In this document: positions 29,943 to 31,909 of the stretch, in pieces
Layout: every line of letters begins with the position of its first letter
How positions within the stretch are numbered: the first letter of the stretch is position 1
DNA from: Snowella sp.
GTDB taxonomy: Bacteria > Cyanobacteriota > Cyanobacteriia > Cyanobacteriales > Microcystaceae
Length of the DNA stretch: 31,909 nucleotides
Assembly: GCA_035285545.1 (NCBI GenBank)
Contig: JAYKGY010000147.1
Location: 1-31,909 of the forward strand
Direction of reading: 5' to 3'
Made by a program: the position numbers and the translations under genes
The notes under the pieces: generated by a model
Seen by the model: the letters and a program-made list of their open reading frames with translations, nothing else
The model's database searches: none
Told to the model about the DNA's origin: nothing

Positions 29943-29960
29943 AGCGGTTCAAATACGGCA

Positions 29961-30362
29961 TCAATAGCGGTTCCAAAAGCTACCGTTTGGCCAGCCCCGA
30001 TTCCAGAAGCTACCGCCATCTCGCCAACCGTTACGCCAGGGGTTAACATTGACAAAACCACCGCCACCATAGCGATCGCCCCAACCGCCTCGACGACTAT
30101 TCACAAAAGTTCCTCTGCCACCATTCCCCCAACCAAGCGCAATGGGTCCTTCCGTTGGAGCCTGAGTCTCTGTGGCTTCCGGTAATTGGCTTTCTTTCGC
30201 TTTCAGGGTAGCCGAAATCCGACTTAAACGACCTTCAATAGAGGCAGAGTGAGTAGGGGCTGTTAAAGATGCAGGAGGCGCGATCGCGGCATCAACGGGT
30301 AAATTAAAAGCAGATAGGGCAACCAAAAAACTCGCCCAACTCATTTGTGTTTGAATATTCAA
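29961..30362 (-). CDS. grrA: GrrA/OscA family Gly-rich RiPP precursor (9 aromatic-X-N/D motifs)
   Basis: Leader W.SFLVALSA...SIEGRLSRISATLK; core WGN..FVN..WGD..FVN..WRNGWRD..FWN.GWPN..FWN; TTG start with AGGAG RBS. Confidence 0.92.
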   Translation of the reverse strand: MNIQTQMSWASFLVALSAFNLPVDAAIAPPASLTAPTHSASIEGRLSRISATLKAKESQLPEATETQAPTEGPIALGWGNGGRGTFVNSRRGGWGDRYGGGGFVNVNPWRNGWRDGGSFWNRGWPNGSFWNRY

Positions 30363-30475
30363 AATCTATTCTCCTAATTGCGTTCACTAATCATTTCAGT
30401 GATTAAAGAAAAAATAGCTTGGATCAGAACAACAAAAAATAATTCAATATTTAGCTATTTTATTAATTTTACGGA

Positions 30476-30505
30476 GATGAGTTAGCAACTTTGGTCTAAC
30501 CCATC
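30476..30505 (-). other. stem-loop downstream of the first precursor gene
   Basis: Minus strand GATGGGTTAG-N10-CTAACTCATC, a 10-bp stem with one G-U pair. Confidence 0.55.
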
Positions 30506-30525
30506 CTTGAGATAGTGGTAAAAGA

Positions 30526-30882
30526 TTAATAACGATTATAGAAGCTACCGCCGTCTCTCCAACCGTTACGCCAGGGATTAACGTTAGCAAAACCGCCACC
30601 ACCGTAGCGATCGCCCCAACCCCCACCACGAGTATTCACAAACTTACCACCGCTGCCATTCCCCCAGCCCAAGGCAATCGGGCCATCAGTCGGGGTTTCA
30701 ACAGCTTGAGGTAACTGACTTTCTTTCGCTTTGAGGGTCTCAGAAATCCGACTTAAACGACTTTCAATAGACGATGGAACAGATAAGGAAGTCGGCGACG
30801 GAATAGCGGCATCAGTCGGTAAATTAAATGCCGATAAGGCGACTAAAAAACTGGCCCATCCCATCTGAGTCTTAATATTCAC
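30526..30882 (-). CDS. grrA: GrrA/OscA family Gly-rich RiPP precursor (7 aromatic-X-N/D motifs)
   Basis: Paralogue of 29961-30362; core WGN, FVN, WGD, FAN, WRN, WRD, FYN; GTG start with AGGAG RBS. Confidence 0.92.
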   Translation of the reverse strand: MNIKTQMGWASFLVALSAFNLPTDAAIPSPTSLSVPSSIESRLSRISETLKAKESQLPQAVETPTDGPIALGWGNGSGGKFVNTRGGGWGDRYGGGGFANVNPWRNGWRDGGSFYNRY

Positions 30883-30934
30883 CTAATTCTCTCCTGTTGA
30901 GACAAACAATCATTGAACGAATACCTTCATGAAA

Positions 30935-31843
30935 TTACTTAGCACCCTGAACCGTATTAGTAAGGGGAATTTGTTCGTGACTCATTACGGTGTAATTAAA
31001 GAAAGATCGAACTGCTTCGGGATCAACTCTCGTAATCCCATTAGGGCCTAACCAACGGTCAACAATTTCACTCGATGTTTTCTCTTGTGCCAAATAACCT
31101 TCCATAAATTTGACAATGCTGTAATTCATTAAGCGTAAAAAACCGGAATTATTTTGAGCTACCATACACGCCACACCATAATTGGCATAGGACGTTTGCG
31201 GAACCAATTTTGTATCTAATAACCCTGCTTTTTGTCGTAAACCGTCCAAAATAATGTTATCACCTGCGACTGCATCCACTTTTCCTTCTTTCAGAGCCAT
31301 TAAAGCGGCTTCTAAGGTCTCGAAATTGACCAAATTGGCTTTCGGTTGAGCTAACTTAATTGCTTTTTCACTGACCGTTTTGGGAACCAGACCAATCCGT
31401 TTATCCACTAAGGATTCAGGGGTTCCTAAATTACTATTTTTGGGAACTAAGAGTTTAATCCCCGCAATTCCATAGCTAATTGAAAAATCAATATATTTAT
31501 CCCGTGTCCAAGTAAAAGCCGTATCACAGGCCAGGTCGATTTCTCCGGTTAACAGTTTCGTGATTCGCTCCGTAATGCCTTTCGCTTCTACAATTTCTAG
31601 CGCAACGGGTCTACCAACCTGCTGTTCAACTTCTTGACGGATCAGATTGACGATATTGAGAGTATAGCCATCGAGTTCTCCCTTACTATTCACATAGGCG
31701 TAGGGAACTAAATCTAAATCCGATCCCAGGGTCAAAACCCCTGTACGAGCGACTTTTTCGAGAACCGTTTCTGCTAAGGTGGCTTTCGTTCCGCCTAGAA
31801 CCAACAGTAAACTTAACAGCGTAATCGAGAGTTTTTTAAGCAT
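30935..31843 (-). CDS. grrP: orphan extracellular substrate-binding protein of the GRR system (GrrP; amino-acid SBP family 3 fold)
   Basis: Signal peptide, AETVLEKVARTGVLT, PYAY, DLAC..FTW.RD..IDFS.SY, GKVDAVAGD; directly upstream of grrA. Confidence 0.88.
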   Translation of the reverse strand: MLKKLSITLLSLLLVLGGTKATLAETVLEKVARTGVLTLGSDLDLVPYAYVNSKGELDGYTLNIVNLIRQEVEQQVGRPVALEIVEAKGITERITKLLTGEIDLACDTAFTWTRDKYIDFSISYGIAGIKLLVPKNSNLGTPESLVDKRIGLVPKTVSEKAIKLAQPKANLVNFETLEAALMALKEGKVDAVAGDNIILDGLRQKAGLLDTKLVPQTSYANYGVACMVAQNNSGFLRLMNYSIVKFMEGYLAQEKTSSEIVDRWLGPNGITRVDPEAVRSFFNYTVMSHEQIPLTNTVQGAK

Positions 31844-31909
31844 TTTGTCTCCTCACGAACATTTCAATCTAGTTTAATGCGAGAGAGGCAAATTACGGTA
31901 ATATTTTAT

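Overview
A 31.9-kb cyanobacterial chromosomal window. The HIP1 octamer GCGATCGC is frequent, and FtsH3, GlgP, Ycf34 and IsiD orthologues suggest a Synechocystis-like unicellular lineage (inferred from recalled sequence similarity). Most of the window is core genes: ahr, tgt, transglutaminase-like protein, recA, M16 peptidase, NYN protein, DUF3326, CPBP protease, thrS, tRNA nucleotidyltransferase, ycf34, DedA, fructosamine kinase, Mn-catalase, ftsH3, glgP, coaBC and isiD. Two parts stand out. (1) An accessory patch between thrS and the nucleotidyltransferase gene (about 12.1-16.4 kb) holds a fungal-type vanadium chloroperoxidase-like gene, a back-to-back glycosyltransferase/Uma2 gene scar joined at or near a HIP1 site, an AT-rich orphan ORF, a type II sulfide:quinone oxidoreductase and a MITE. 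(2) At the right end is a RiPP (GRR/triceptide) cluster: grrP, two tandem Gly-rich precursors with 7 and 9 aromatic-X-Asn/Asp motifs, an interposed secreted DUF2541-like gene, and the radical SAM cyclophane synthase grrM. Also seen are two copies of a 107-108 bp TAA-flanked MITE and a 55-aa orphan antitoxin, missing from the ORF track, with a stump of its toxin. No tRNA, rRNA or CRISPR array was recognised. All family calls come from motif recognition, not database searches.
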